40,161 nucleotides of DNA from an uncultured Eubacteriales bacterium. Lineage in GTDB: Bacteria > Bacillota_I > Bacilli_A > RF39 > UBA660. The DNA is taken from contig ONXO01000035.1 of assembly GCA_900321795.1 (NCBI GenBank), forward strand, positions 1 to 40,161, read 5' to 3'. Position numbers and translations under genes: made by a program. Positions 24,771 to 34,666 of this stretch are shown one piece after another; positions within the stretch are counted from its first letter, which is position 1; every line of letters begins with the position of its first letter. Under the pieces are notes generated by a model, which saw only the letters and a program-made list of their open reading frames with translations, did not search any database and was not told the DNA's origin.

Positions 24771-25598
24771 TTAATTAGTTTCATTTTTTATCTGTACTAT
24801 AACTAACTCTGGTCTATTGTTTATTCTTATTGGAAAGCTAGAGTTACCTAGTCCTCTGCTTATCACCATATTTGTGTTATCTTTTATGTGTACTCCACTA
24901 GTAAACTTAGGGAATATTCCTTGATGTGGTGCATAAAGTCCACCAATAAAAGGAACTCTCCACTGTCCTCCATGAGCATGACCTGTAAAAACAAAATCAA
25001 AGCCTTTAGCTGAGTACTCTAATAACATCTCTGGTCTATGAGATAGCAAGATATTAAAACTGCTATTTTCTATATTAAAAGTATTTAACTCTTCTTTAAC
25101 TATGCTGCTTTGAAGAAGTTCATTTTTACTTTTGAAGAAGGGATCTCTTATTCCATAAATATTTATTCCTTCAAAAACACTCTTTTTGTTATCTAATATA
25201 GTAACGTTTCTTTTTCTCATTTCTTCTATTAAATATGAACACTCTTTAATTCTAGCTTCATGATTTCCAGGCACATAATAAATTTTATTATCTTTTAGAT
25301 TATCAATAAGCTTTAAAGCAGTTTTTATGTTAGTCCTACTAGAATCAACTATATCTCCTGTGATAACAATTATATCAGGCTTTATTTCATTAATTTTAGA
25401 AACTAACATAGAGTTAAGACGTTTAGAACTATTGTTATGATAATCAGATATATGAGCTATAGTAAGTTTTTTATCCTTATTTAGTTTACTATTTTTAACA
25501 GTATATTTGCTTACTTTAAGAGCATTATTTTCATAATAAATATATATAGCTAATAATATAAGTGCTGCTATTAAAATTATTATCTCTTTCATTTTCAT
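24771..25598 (-). CDS. Membrane-anchored metallophosphoesterase (YaeI/YkuE-like)
   Basis: Motifs ISDYH, GDIVD, GNHE and GHAHGGQ. The track start lies inside a TATAAT box; ATG at 25598 (MKMKEII) is more plausible. Confidence 0.85.
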   Translation of the reverse strand: MKMKEIIILIAALILLAIYIYYENNALKVSKYTVKNSKLNKDKKLTIAHISDYHNNSSKRLNSMLVSKINEIKPDIIVITGDIVDSSRTNIKTALKLIDNLKDNKIYYVPGNHEARIKECSYLIEEMRKRNVTILDNKKSVFEGINIYGIRDPFFKSKNELLQSSIVKEELNTFNIENSSFNILLSHRPEMLLEYSAKGFDFVFTGHAHGGQWRVPFIGGLYAPHQGIFPKFTSGVHIKDNTNMVISRGLGNSSFPIRINNRPELVIVQIKNETN

Positions 25599-25794
25599 CA
25601 CTTTATATATTATACACAAAATATTAATATTTTTGTAGCATCTATTAATTATTTTGTGTTTTATTAGTAATTGTTTTTACAGCGCTAATAGAAAAAACCT
25701 TCTGACTAAACAGAAGACGAAACTATAAAGTGTAAGCTTTGATTAACAAATATTAGAGGTTTTTTTATTTTATGAAGATAGTAATTATCTAGTA

Positions 25795-26637
25795 CTAATT
25801 ATTTACAACTATATCACCCAGGTTATTAGTAATCACTAGTGAAATATTTGCCTCTTTATCTGTTTTATTGACTTTGACATCTCCTAGTGATGTTTTAGCA
25901 TTTATATTAATATTAGTGGTTTTACCTATTTTAATATCTCCTAAATCATTTTTAATATATGAGCTTTTGTTTATAAAAGCATTTTCTATTTTAATATCGC
26001 CACAGTTATTTTCTAAATCTAGATAACCATTAACAGTATTTATCCTTATATCACCTAGATCTTCATTTGCAGTAATTTCATTAACTGCACCTACTTTAAT
26101 ATTTCCATAATGATTTATAATATTAATGATATCAGCTGAAGTAACATCAATATCGCCAGCATCTTCTTCTATTTTGATATTTGCTTTTTCAAATCTTTCT
26201 ACACTTATATCTCCAAAATTGTTTTTTATATTAATCTTCTTCTCGTAAGCCTTTGGTAAATAAACTTCCACTTTAGAAATAGTAGTATTTATACATAAGA
26301 ACTTACATGTTTTTGTTTTAACATCAATTTTAATGCTAGAGTTTTCTTGTTTGACTGATGCAGTATTGTCTTTTCCATATATAATTATATGTACATTTTC
26401 ACTTTTATTTTCTTTAATATAAATATCAGCAGCATTACTATCTATATCAACCAAGTCAAAACTACCAGTATATACTTTATCTATTAATAAATTATCACTT
26501 ATTTTCTTACTTCTAAAGATAGAGTATCCGTGATTATTATTCAAATTAATAACTAAAAAAGTTATTAATCCTATAACCATTATTGATATTAAAACTATTA
26601 AAGTAATAATTAACCCTTTATTCTTCAATACTTTCAC
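25795..26637 (-). CDS. DUF4097-type (putative adhesin / beta-helical repeat) protein with an N-terminal TM
   Basis: 280 aa with repeated GDI(K/D/R)V units (GDISVE, GDIDVT, GNIKVG, GDIRIN, GDIKIE, GDVKVN, GDIVVN). Overlaps the upstream XRE gene by 20 nt. Confidence 0.7.
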   Translation of the reverse strand: MKVLKNKGLIITLIVLISIMVIGLITFLVINLNNNHGYSIFRSKKISDNLLIDKVYTGSFDLVDIDSNAADIYIKENKSENVHIIIYGKDNTASVKQENSSIKIDVKTKTCKFLCINTTISKVEVYLPKAYEKKINIKNNFGDISVERFEKANIKIEEDAGDIDVTSADIINIINHYGNIKVGAVNEITANEDLGDIRINTVNGYLDLENNCGDIKIENAFINKSSYIKNDLGDIKIGKTTNININAKTSLGDVKVNKTDKEANISLVITNNLGDIVVNN

Positions 26638-27235
26638 CTCTTAGTAAAAAGACTAGTTTTACTATTTCCATTACTAATGCATAAATAATCCAAACTACCC
26701 AAGTGATATGCCAAGCACTGGTAGCAAAGCTAATTAGTAAATATATTACTAAAGTGACAAGACCAAGTAATGAATCAATTTGTTTTAAAAGCTTATTCTT
26801 TTTTTCTATTCTTTCATTCTTATAATAAATTGAAGAATAAACTATCATAGCAACTCCTAAACCACATATAAGTAAGAATACAGCAGAAGATAAAATCGGA
26901 TTAAGCTTTAGTGCCAAAATTGAAACTATTATCCAAGCAACTGCAATAAAGAACATAAATATTCCTAAAACTATACCTTTAGTTTTCTTAAGTCTATTAT
27001 CATTGTCTTTCATATCATATTCTTTTTTACTTTCACTTTTAGCACCTGTTAGAAGTTCATCAGCAGTGATTCCATATAAATTACAAAGTGGAACTATTTT
27101 GTCAAAATCAGGAGTGCTTCCATCAGTCTCCCATTTTGAAACAGTTTGTCTTGTAACATTTAATTTCTCTGCTACCTCTTCTTGTGATAAACCTTTTGCC
27201 TTTCTTAAAGCAAGTAACCTTTCACCTAAATTCAT
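26618..27235 (-). CDS. Membrane-tethered XRE-family HTH regulator
   Basis: HTH_3 pattern (KGLSQEEVAEKLNVTRQTVSKWETDGSTPD) followed by about 4 TM segments. The likely start is MNLGERL (GAGGTGA, 8 nt, ATG at 27235). Confidence 0.8.
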   Translation of the reverse strand: MNLGERLLALRKAKGLSQEEVAEKLNVTRQTVSKWETDGSTPDFDKIVPLCNLYGITADELLTGAKSESKKEYDMKDNDNRLKKTKGIVLGIFMFFIAVAWIIVSILALKLNPILSSAVFLLICGLGVAMIVYSSIYYKNERIEKKNKLLKQIDSLLGLVTLVIYLLISFATSAWHITWVVWIIYALVMEIVKLVFLLRGESIEE

Positions 27236-27342
27236 TTTATTATTCACCTCTTCCATTGTAAATTATACTTAATTTAATGGTTGCATGCCAGCATTTAAAC
27301 ATGGAAATTTGTCAACTATTATTAACATTTGCTTATATTTTG

Positions 27343-27741
27343 TCATTTATTTTTTGTGTCTATTGAATCTTTAAATACAAAATATCTTTGGTATAGAAAT
27401 TCAGTAACTAAATTAAGAACCATATTTAAACCAGTAACTAAATATTCATTCCATAGTAGTTTTTCTACCAAATAATCTCCTAAAATAGTGGTTACAGGTG
27501 TGAATATTAAATAATAGATAAATACTTTTATCATGGCAACTTTAATATTAGATGCTGATTTAAAGGTAAAATTTCTATTTAATGTAAAGTTCCATACTAC
27601 TGATAATACTAAAGCTATTAAATAGCAAGGCCAGTAAGGTAAATTGCATAGTTCATTTAATAGTGAAAAAGAACCTATTTCTATTAAACCTGCACTGATT
27701 GAAAATAATATAAATTTTATTACTCTTAAAAACTCTTTCAT
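27343..27741 (-). CDS. GtrA family membrane protein
   Basis: 132 aa with 4 TM segments. The C-terminal FLYQRYFVF motif is typical of GtrA-like proteins. Confidence 0.75.
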   Translation of the reverse strand: MKEFLRVIKFILFSISAGLIEIGSFSLLNELCNLPYWPCYLIALVLSVVWNFTLNRNFTFKSASNIKVAMIKVFIYYLIFTPVTTILGDYLVEKLLWNEYLVTGLNMVLNLVTEFLYQRYFVFKDSIDTKNK

Positions 27742-27743
27742 AA

Positions 27744-28928
27744 TTATTTCTCCATTTCTTTATTTCTTAAATATAATGAATAGTAAGCAAATACTAAAGC
27801 TATAAGGCCAAATATGAATGCAAATAGAAAGTTATATTTAAGTGAATAAGTTACTGCTATTGCACATATAAAAGTTCCTATTGCTCTTCCTAGATATTTA
27901 CATTCTTCGGCTAAGTTGCTGAAATTAAATTGTTCGCTTTCTTTAAATCTATTTATATATGGTGCATCTGATACATGAGAATATGAATCAGATAGAATCT
28001 TTGTGTATATAATTGCTATTAAGAAAAATATATTACTATTAAATATAAATGCTAGTAGGTATAATATGGATCTGAACATGTATTTAATAGATAAGTTTAT
28101 ATAATTATTTTTAAATGTTAGTTTTTTTAATGCAATAATGCCTATTAATACTGAGATAATACTCATTATTAGCATAAATATAGATGCTTCATTTGTTTCT
28201 TTATTAAGTCCTACCATTATGAGAGTTAGAAGCATGCCATTTAAACAATAATAAGATATATTTCCCATTAGATTAAATATTAAATAATTTCTAGTAACTT
28301 TATCTTTTCTTACTTTATTTAAAAATATTCTATTATCTATTAATGTATCATCTTTGCTTTTATTTATATATTTTTCTAAATCTACTTTTTTTAATACTAA
28401 ATATGCAATAAAAAGAAATACACAACCTATAAATATAAATGTATTATTTGTTATTTTGCTTATTATAGTTTTATTAATTAATAGTATTGTTATTAAAGAA
28501 CCTAAATAAAAGAAAGCTGAATATACTAATCCTCTTGCTGCATATACTTTATCATTTTTACTTATCTGCGCTATCATTGGATAAATGCAGGCAAATACTT
28601 CTACATCTATTACATAATCTAGCATTATTAAAAACTTTATAGCTATGTTTAGTCCTGTTCCATTTAATAGATACAATAGTAGCATAACTATTACATTAGT
28701 AAACATAAGTCCTAAAGTAAAATCTTTAAGTCTTTCTTTTTTTACTAAGCTAGAACAGATAAATAGCATAGATATAGTTAGTAAAGCACAAATGCTAAAT
28801 ACACTTCCAATTGTTTTTACACTTAAGAAGTTCTCACCCATCCAAATCTCTTGAAAGTTGTAAAATATTCCTCCAGATAAAGAATAGAGAGCAAGTACTA
28901 TAAATATCTTTTTCAAATCTTTATTCAT
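27744..28928 (-). CDS. Polytopic membrane protein, MFS-like transporter (putative)
   Basis: 394 aa with about 11-12 TM segments. Assigned on topology only. Confidence 0.45.
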   Translation of the reverse strand: MNKDLKKIFIVLALYSLSGGIFYNFQEIWMGENFLSVKTIGSVFSICALLTISMLFICSSLVKKERLKDFTLGLMFTNVIVMLLLYLLNGTGLNIAIKFLIMLDYVIDVEVFACIYPMIAQISKNDKVYAARGLVYSAFFYLGSLITILLINKTIISKITNNTFIFIGCVFLFIAYLVLKKVDLEKYINKSKDDTLIDNRIFLNKVRKDKVTRNYLIFNLMGNISYYCLNGMLLTLIMVGLNKETNEASIFMLIMSIISVLIGIIALKKLTFKNNYINLSIKYMFRSILYLLAFIFNSNIFFLIAIIYTKILSDSYSHVSDAPYINRFKESEQFNFSNLAEECKYLGRAIGTFICAIAVTYSLKYNFLFAFIFGLIALVFAYYSLYLRNKEMEK

Positions 28929-28938
28929 ATTCTACTCC

Positions 28939-30429
28939 CTATATTCCTATAAGCATCATTGCTACTCCAACGCCTATACCTAATATAAACATAATTATCA
29001 TAGCAACTGCCATTATATTTGCAAATCCGTCCGAACTCCACATGAATGGACTAGCATCCATTTCCATTTTACCAAATAACGGATTAGATTTAATAAGTTT
29101 GCTTCCTTTTTCAATACCGCCTTCTTCTAATTTTTGTTTATAAAAATCATTAAGATTTGCCATAAGCAAACGCCTATTTTCTCTATCTTTAGTATTATTA
29201 ATTTCAGTTAGTTTCATAACTACATTAGATATTTCACCTTTACTAATAGCACCAGCATTAAGCGCTTTTTCAACATTTTCAATTAGACTATCTATAAAGT
29301 TCATTCTATTTTTTAATGTTTCGCTTGCTCTTAAAATGCCTTCTTTAATCCTTGAAGTATAAAATATCTTTTCTTCATATGAAAGTCTGTCATCTCTTAC
29401 CATAAAAGTTGCTTCTTCCAAACTTTCTCTATTTCTAACAATACTATTTATTTCTAAAGTGTTTTTATCTTTCTTTAAAAGTTCATTAATTCTATATTCT
29501 AGTGTTTCTTTATCTAAATCATCAGGCAAACTATTTAGTGCATTTGAAATAGTCTTATTTGCAAGCATAGCTTCATATGTAAAGCTGCTGTTTTCAGTAT
29601 CTCTTAGTTTATTATCTAGAACTTTATTATTTTTCCTAGCTTCTAATGGATTATAGTATTCAAGTATATTTAGATTAGCATACCCTATTTTTGCTTCAAC
29701 TTTATCCATATTTTCTTTCATGGATAAGAACTCGTTGGGATCATGGGCATCTACTCCATATATAACAGGTGTGCCAATTTTTTCACATATCTCCCAGAAT
29801 AATCTTGAAGGATAAGCTTTGTTATTTACTATACCATGAAGGTTGATTTCAAGTGGAATATTTAATTCTTTAGCTTTTTCACAAATCATTCTGGAAGCTA
29901 CTTTAGCATTTTCCATAAATTTTGTTTGTTCTTCTATTTGAGTAAATGTTTCACTATAATTCATAAAAATATCTGGATGTGCAACTATATCAAATAAACC
30001 GCTTTCCATAGCTGCACATATTTCATGTGCGTATACTGTAGGATAATTACTATTTCCTTCTCTTTTAACATCAGTTATAAAGTGCTGTCCTAAGACCATA
30101 TAGTCGACTTTATCTCTAAGTTCACTTAAAAACAAAGATTTCATATTATCATATTCACATTCAAATCCTGTTAATAATTCTATATCTTTATATTTATCTT
30201 TTAATCTTTTTATGCCGTTTATGTAATCATCTACTTCTTTTAAGTGCATTTGTGATTTTATATCTTGAAGCTCTAAAGTGGTAACTGGACAGTGATCTGA
30301 AAAGCCAAGTGACTTAATACCCACTTGTTTAGCTGCTAAAACATATTCTTCAATTTCAAACATTTTGGCATGGCCACATCTTTTAGTATGAGTGTGATAA
30401 TTAAAGTTTTGAAAATACTCCATATGCAT
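28939..30429 (-). CDS. PHP-domain phosphoesterase (HisJ/histidinol-phosphatase family) with a long helical extension and a C-terminal TM anchor
   Basis: N-terminus YHTHTKRCGHA...GFSDH...HPD...GVDAHD (PHP metal ligands). About 200 aa of charged helical sequence follow, then a terminal hydrophobic segment AVAMIIMFILGIGVGVAMMLIGI. Confidence 0.7.
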   Translation of the reverse strand: MHMEYFQNFNYHTHTKRCGHAKMFEIEEYVLAAKQVGIKSLGFSDHCPVTTLELQDIKSQMHLKEVDDYINGIKRLKDKYKDIELLTGFECEYDNMKSLFLSELRDKVDYMVLGQHFITDVKREGNSNYPTVYAHEICAAMESGLFDIVAHPDIFMNYSETFTQIEEQTKFMENAKVASRMICEKAKELNIPLEINLHGIVNNKAYPSRLFWEICEKIGTPVIYGVDAHDPNEFLSMKENMDKVEAKIGYANLNILEYYNPLEARKNNKVLDNKLRDTENSSFTYEAMLANKTISNALNSLPDDLDKETLEYRINELLKKDKNTLEINSIVRNRESLEEATFMVRDDRLSYEEKIFYTSRIKEGILRASETLKNRMNFIDSLIENVEKALNAGAISKGEISNVVMKLTEINNTKDRENRRLLMANLNDFYKQKLEEGGIEKGSKLIKSNPLFGKMEMDASPFMWSSDGFANIMAVAMIIMFILGIGVGVAMMLIGI

Positions 30430-30523
30430 TCTCCTCTATAGTAACATTATACAACAAAACCTTTATAAATAAAATAGATAAAAGAAAAAGAAAACTTGTA
30501 TTAAGCTTTCTTATAAATATGTA

Positions 30524-30865
30524 TTATTTATTAAGTTTTAGTTTATTGGCTTCAACTTTATTCATAGCTAGTTTCCCATTTCTATCATAAAATATATATG
30601 CTAAAGTATATATTTTATCATTTTCATTTAAAACCTCTACATTTAAGTTAATACCTGTTTCTTTATATATATTAGGAAAACTTAAGTTTTCAGCTAGCTT
30701 TTGAATTTCATTAGTAATATTGCTATACACAAGCGATATTACTGCTTCATACTTATCTTTAAAATAAATATATGCCCCTTCTAAGTTTTCATCATTTCTT
30801 AAAAATGTAACAATATAATCAACCCTATTTATAAACTCATTAACATCAATTTTTACTTCTTCCAT
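30524..30865 (-). CDS. Hypothetical small protein
   Basis: The likely start is ATGATGGAA just downstream of GGAGG (about 30865-30868). The longer track ORF would overlap the DUF368 gene. Confidence 0.5.
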   Translation of the reverse strand: MEEVKIDVNEFINRVDYIVTFLRNDENLEGAYIYFKDKYEAVISLVYSNITNEIQKLAENLSFPNIYKETGINLNVEVLNENDKIYTLAYIFYDRNGKLAMNKVEANKLKLNK

Positions 30866-30908
30866 CATTACCCTCCTACTTAATAGTACAACAAAAAAGA
30901 CTAGTTGT

Positions 30909-31760
30909 CTAGTCAATTTTATCAAACACTTTATAAACTAGAAAAGTGTTAATAAGCATTAAAGTTATTCCTATAATTAAATGTACTACATTTAATTCAT
31001 AAGTAAATACACTTATAAACACGCTTATTATACTAGCAAGTACAAAGCCAATTATTATATAGTAAGTGCTAGTTCTATATTTCTTTAGACAGTATTCTAT
31101 TATCTTTGCTATAGCTACTATACCAATAACTACTCCTAGTAAGAAAGGTATCATTATTAATAAATTAGTGCTTAAGTTTTTAAATGAAGATATTTCATTA
31201 ACTACATTAAGTATAGGCTCATAATACCCAATTAACATTAATGTAAATGATCCGCTTATTCCAGGAACTACCATCGTTGCAGATGCTAGCATTCCTACTA
31301 AAAAGAGTATTATGTAACCTAAAGCATTAAGATTAGAAAGACTTACACTAGAAGAGCCTTTATCAATTATCATCATAAGTACTACTATAATGATTCCTAT
31401 AAGCATTAAAGAAAAGTCTTTAAGTTCTGGTTTTTTATCTACACTTTTAAATAATTTTGGAACTCCACCAATAATTAAACCTAAGAATATTAGTATTGTT
31501 ATTATAGGCGATTTGTCTAGTCCGAACTTAATTAGCTTAGCGCATAAAACAAGTGATGTTAAAGCCCCTAACCCTATAGGTAATAAATACATAAAGTATT
31601 TAACAAAGTTATTTTTACTCTTATAGAAATTACTAATAGCCTCGATTAGCTCTTCATAAATTCCAAGTAAAACAGCTAGTGTTCCTCCACTTACTCCAGG
31701 AATAATAAAAGCTATTCCCAAAACAATTCCTTTAATAAATAATATAATTTTATCTCTCAT
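30909..31760 (-). CDS. DUF368 family membrane protein (PopT-type polyprenyl-phosphate transporter family)
   Basis: 283 aa. The duplicated PGVSGGT / PGISGSF signature is typical of DUF368. Confidence 0.85.
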   Translation of the reverse strand: MRDKIILFIKGIVLGIAFIIPGVSGGTLAVLLGIYEELIEAISNFYKSKNNFVKYFMYLLPIGLGALTSLVLCAKLIKFGLDKSPIITILIFLGLIIGGVPKLFKSVDKKPELKDFSLMLIGIIIVVLMMIIDKGSSSVSLSNLNALGYIILFLVGMLASATMVVPGISGSFTLMLIGYYEPILNVVNEISSFKNLSTNLLIMIPFLLGVVIGIVAIAKIIEYCLKKYRTSTYYIIIGFVLASIISVFISVFTYELNVVHLIIGITLMLINTFLVYKVFDKID

Positions 31761-31762
31761 AA

Positions 31763-32395
31763 TTAGTCTCCTATCACATTATATAGTTTATCATATTCTA
31801 TAGTTATTTTTAAAGCTAAAAATCCAAATAAACATCCAAATAATATATCAGCAAAATAGTGTACATTTAAATATATTCTAGAGAATACTATTAATAGCAC
31901 AGTTAATGTAAGCATTGTGTTTAATATTACTTTTATGTTTCTTCTTTTTATTTTCTTATTAATTATATATATAAGCATTCCATAGAAAGCTACACTGCAC
32001 ATAGCATGCCCGCTTGGAAAAGAATATCCACTGGGTTTTTCTATTAGATTAATGAGTGGTCTTTCTCTTCTTAAAGTAATCTTTGCTATATTATTTAGTA
32101 GATATGTATAGGCTAGATTAATAGTTATTAATAATGGTATCTTTTTATTTTTAAATATTATTATAAAAAATATGATTAATATTATATAAAAGTTAACACT
32201 TCCTAAATTAGTAAATATTTTAAAAAATGATGTAAGATTTTTATTAACTACATAATTAGTTAAAAAATCACTAACTGCATTATCTATTTTTAATACAAAG
32301 TCACTAGCAAATATACTACATATAATGGACAATATAAATAAAAATGCAAACGCTATTAAATAATATCTTATACTTCTTAAGAACTCTTTATTCAT
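31763..32395 (-). CDS. PAP2-family lipid phosphatase (BcrC-like undecaprenyl-diphosphatase candidate)
   Basis: PAP2 motifs LRRERP, PSGH and SRIYLNVHYFAD. About 6 TM segments. Confidence 0.85.
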   Translation of the reverse strand: MNKEFLRSIRYYLIAFAFLFILSIICSIFASDFVLKIDNAVSDFLTNYVVNKNLTSFFKIFTNLGSVNFYIILIIFFIIIFKNKKIPLLITINLAYTYLLNNIAKITLRRERPLINLIEKPSGYSFPSGHAMCSVAFYGMLIYIINKKIKRRNIKVILNTMLTLTVLLIVFSRIYLNVHYFADILFGCLFGFLALKITIEYDKLYNVIGD

Positions 32396-32398
32396 AAA

Positions 32399-33367
32399 TT
32401 ATTTTATATACTTTTTATAAGTTTCAAGTAATCCTTTCTTTTCTTTAAACATATTAGGTTTTACTTCATAAATATTAGGTTTACTACTAGCATTTATTAA
32501 TACTAAATCATCTTTCCTAAATGCTAGTGTCCATTCTATATATTTAATGCTAGGGACTTCTTTAGCAAGTCTTTCTACCATGGGTTTAACATAGTCAAAG
32601 TTAGGTAGTTTTACTCCACTAATAGGCTTGAATGTCTTTGGATGTTCTATGTAAATGTGTCCTTTATTATCAGTTAATGGGGAAATTATATATCCTTCAT
32701 CATTAACAAATCCATACATTTTCTCTTTTTCATTTTTATTAACAACAATAACTTTATTAAGTATATGTACATTTTCATTTTTATCTAAAAATGTAATTAC
32801 CTTAAGAGTACTTAATTCACTAGAAAATCTTGTTATATAATTTTCTTCAAAATATGATTCTACAATCACTTCATCTTTTTTCATAATGCTGTTATATATT
32901 TTTAGAACGTTATATTCATTCTTTATTTTATCTTGATCTATGTCTATAACTTCATAACTATCTTGATTACTACTTCTAGCAACGATTTTATTTCTAGTAG
33001 ATATAAATTCAGAGAAAGATTTATATTGAACATCTCTTAAATCTATATACTTTCTTCCTAAATACATATTAAACTTTTTATAAAGTAAACCTTTGTCTGC
33101 AAATATAATTTTGTCAGTATTTGAACTATATTTATTAATTAATTCTTTGTTATATTTATTTGTTAAAAATGTACTTCTTTCTTCTTTAGTTAATCTATAA
33201 AAACCTAGTTCTTTATATTCATTATTATTACATCCATTTTGAATGTTACATTTAGCCATATCAAAAAGAATGGAAATAGTATTCTTATCGGTTTTATTAG
33301 CTATTTCTTTAGCATTAATTATGCATTCTTTATATTTAATGTCTTTTAATTTATCTATCAGTTTCAT
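32399..33367 (-). CDS. Sugar-transfer-associated ATP-grasp-like protein (putative)
   Basis: About 322 aa. An N-terminal pattern (EYKELGFYRLTKEERSTFLTNKY...LYKKFNMYLGRKYIDL) is recalled from PF14397-type proteins. The likely start is MKLIDKL at 33367. Confidence 0.45.
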   Translation of the reverse strand: MKLIDKLKDIKYKECIINAKEIANKTDKNTISILFDMAKCNIQNGCNNNEYKELGFYRLTKEERSTFLTNKYNKELINKYSSNTDKIIFADKGLLYKKFNMYLGRKYIDLRDVQYKSFSEFISTRNKIVARSSNQDSYEVIDIDQDKIKNEYNVLKIYNSIMKKDEVIVESYFEENYITRFSSELSTLKVITFLDKNENVHILNKVIVVNKNEKEKMYGFVNDEGYIISPLTDNKGHIYIEHPKTFKPISGVKLPNFDYVKPMVERLAKEVPSIKYIEWTLAFRKDDLVLINASSKPNIYEVKPNMFKEKKGLLETYKKYIK

Positions 33368-33442
33368 ATTAAATCCTCGTATAAACAATTATAAAATAAT
33401 AAAACTGAAAAGTAAACATACAAAATGAACTTTAATGAATTT

Positions 33443-33472
33443 AAAAACTATTGAAATTATAAGTTTCAATAG
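33443..33472 (-). terminator. Intrinsic terminator after trpS
   Basis: Perfect 9-bp stem CTATTGAAA/TTTCAATAG (33448-33456 and 33464-33472), followed by T5 on the minus strand. Confidence 0.75.
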
Positions 33473-33510
33473 CTTTTAATAATTCTTGTTTTTTACTACA
33501 GCTTCTATTC

Positions 33511-34503
33511 TTAATTTTCAATATATCTAGTGACGCCTAATCTTTTTTTCATTAGTTCATATTTTTCAAATGCTAGCTTTCTACTTTTCTCTATTCCTTG
33601 ATTTAAAATATCATCTAAAACTTCACTATTAATTAATTCATTATATTTTTTTTGTATATTACTGATATGATTTGCAGTTACATCAGCTACATATTTTTTG
33701 AATTCACTGTAACTCTTACCTTGAAATTCTTTTTCTATTTCTTTTACAGGCATATTAGTTAAAGAAGAAGCAATATTTAATAAATTAGATATACCAGGTT
33801 TATTCTCTGGATCGTATTTAATATTATTATCACTATCAGTAGTAGCTTTTAATATTTTTTTAGTTATTACTTCAGGGCTATCAAATAAACTAATTACTCC
33901 TTGTGGATTTTCTTCGGATTTACTCATTTTTTTTGTTGGATCTTTTAAATCTTTAATTTTAGTACCAGTTTCATTAATTAAAGGTTGTGGTAAATTAAAA
34001 GTATTTCCATAATACTTGTTAAATCTTTCAGCAATGTTTCTAGCTATCTCAACATGTTGTTTTTGATCAATACCTACAGGTACGTAATCAGCATCGCAAT
34101 ACAAGATATCAGCTGCCATAAGAATAGGATATGTCAATAATCCAACAGAAAAATTGGCGTTTTGCTTAGATTTTTCTTTAAATTGTATCATTCTAGACGC
34201 TTCCCCAAAAGGTGTAGAGCATTCGAGTAAATAAGACATGGCTGGTATATATTCATTTTCAGATTGTATATAAATAAAATTTTTGTTAGGATCAATACCA
34301 CAAGCAATATACATTGCAATAAACTTTCTTATTCTATCATTAAGTTCTTTAGGGTCTTGTCTTATTGTTAAAGCGTGTAAATCCGCAACAAAAATATAAG
34401 ATTCATACTCTTCTTGCATTAATACCATTTGTTTTATTGATCCAATATAATTACCTAAAGTTAAATCACCTGTAGGTTTTAAACCTGTTATAATTTTTTT
34501 TAT
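33511..34503 (-). CDS. trpS: Tryptophan--tRNA ligase
   Basis: Class-I motifs (PTGDLTLGNYIG and KMSKS) in a product of about 330 aa. The start that matches other TrpRS proteins, (M)KKIITGLKPTG, is an ATA codon at 34501-34503. The track GTG at 34512 lies inside the Shine-Dalgarno sequence. Confidence 0.9.
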   Translation of the reverse strand: MKKIITGLKPTGDLTLGNYIGSIKQMVLMQEEYESYIFVADLHALTIRQDPKELNDRIRKFIAMYIACGIDPNKNFIYIQSENEYIPAMSYLLECSTPFGEASRMIQFKEKSKQNANFSVGLLTYPILMAADILYCDADYVPVGIDQKQHVEIARNIAERFNKYYGNTFNLPQPLINETGTKIKDLKDPTKKMSKSEENPQGVISLFDSPEVITKKILKATTDSDNNIKYDPENKPGISNLLNIASSLTNMPVKEIEKEFQGKSYSEFKKYVADVTANHISNIQKKYNELINSEVLDDILNQGIEKSRKLAFEKYELMKKRLGVTRYIEN

Positions 34504-34538
34504 AATAATCACCTCTTTAAATATTCACTATCGATTTA

Positions 34539-34567
34539 ATTATAAATATAAAATAAAATGTTGTCAA
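34539..34567 (-). promoter_or_regulatory. Consensus sigma-A promoter for trpS
   Basis: The minus strand has TTGACA, a 17-nt spacer, then TATAAT, about 30 nt upstream of the start. There is no room for a T-box leader. Confidence 0.7.
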
Positions 34568-34622
34568 GAATTTGCAAAGTGCTAGGTTCTTTCTTTTACT
34601 TTTTCTAAGTATTATGTTTTAT

Positions 34623-34666
34623 GATTAAAAAAGAAATTACTTTTCTAAACTTTCTAGTAATTTCTT
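34623..34666 (-). terminator. Intrinsic terminator overlapping the valS stop codon
   Basis: Stem AAGAAATTAC/GTAATTTCTT (34631-34640 and 34657-34666), followed by a T-run on the minus strand. The 5' arm encodes the last valS codons. Confidence 0.6.
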
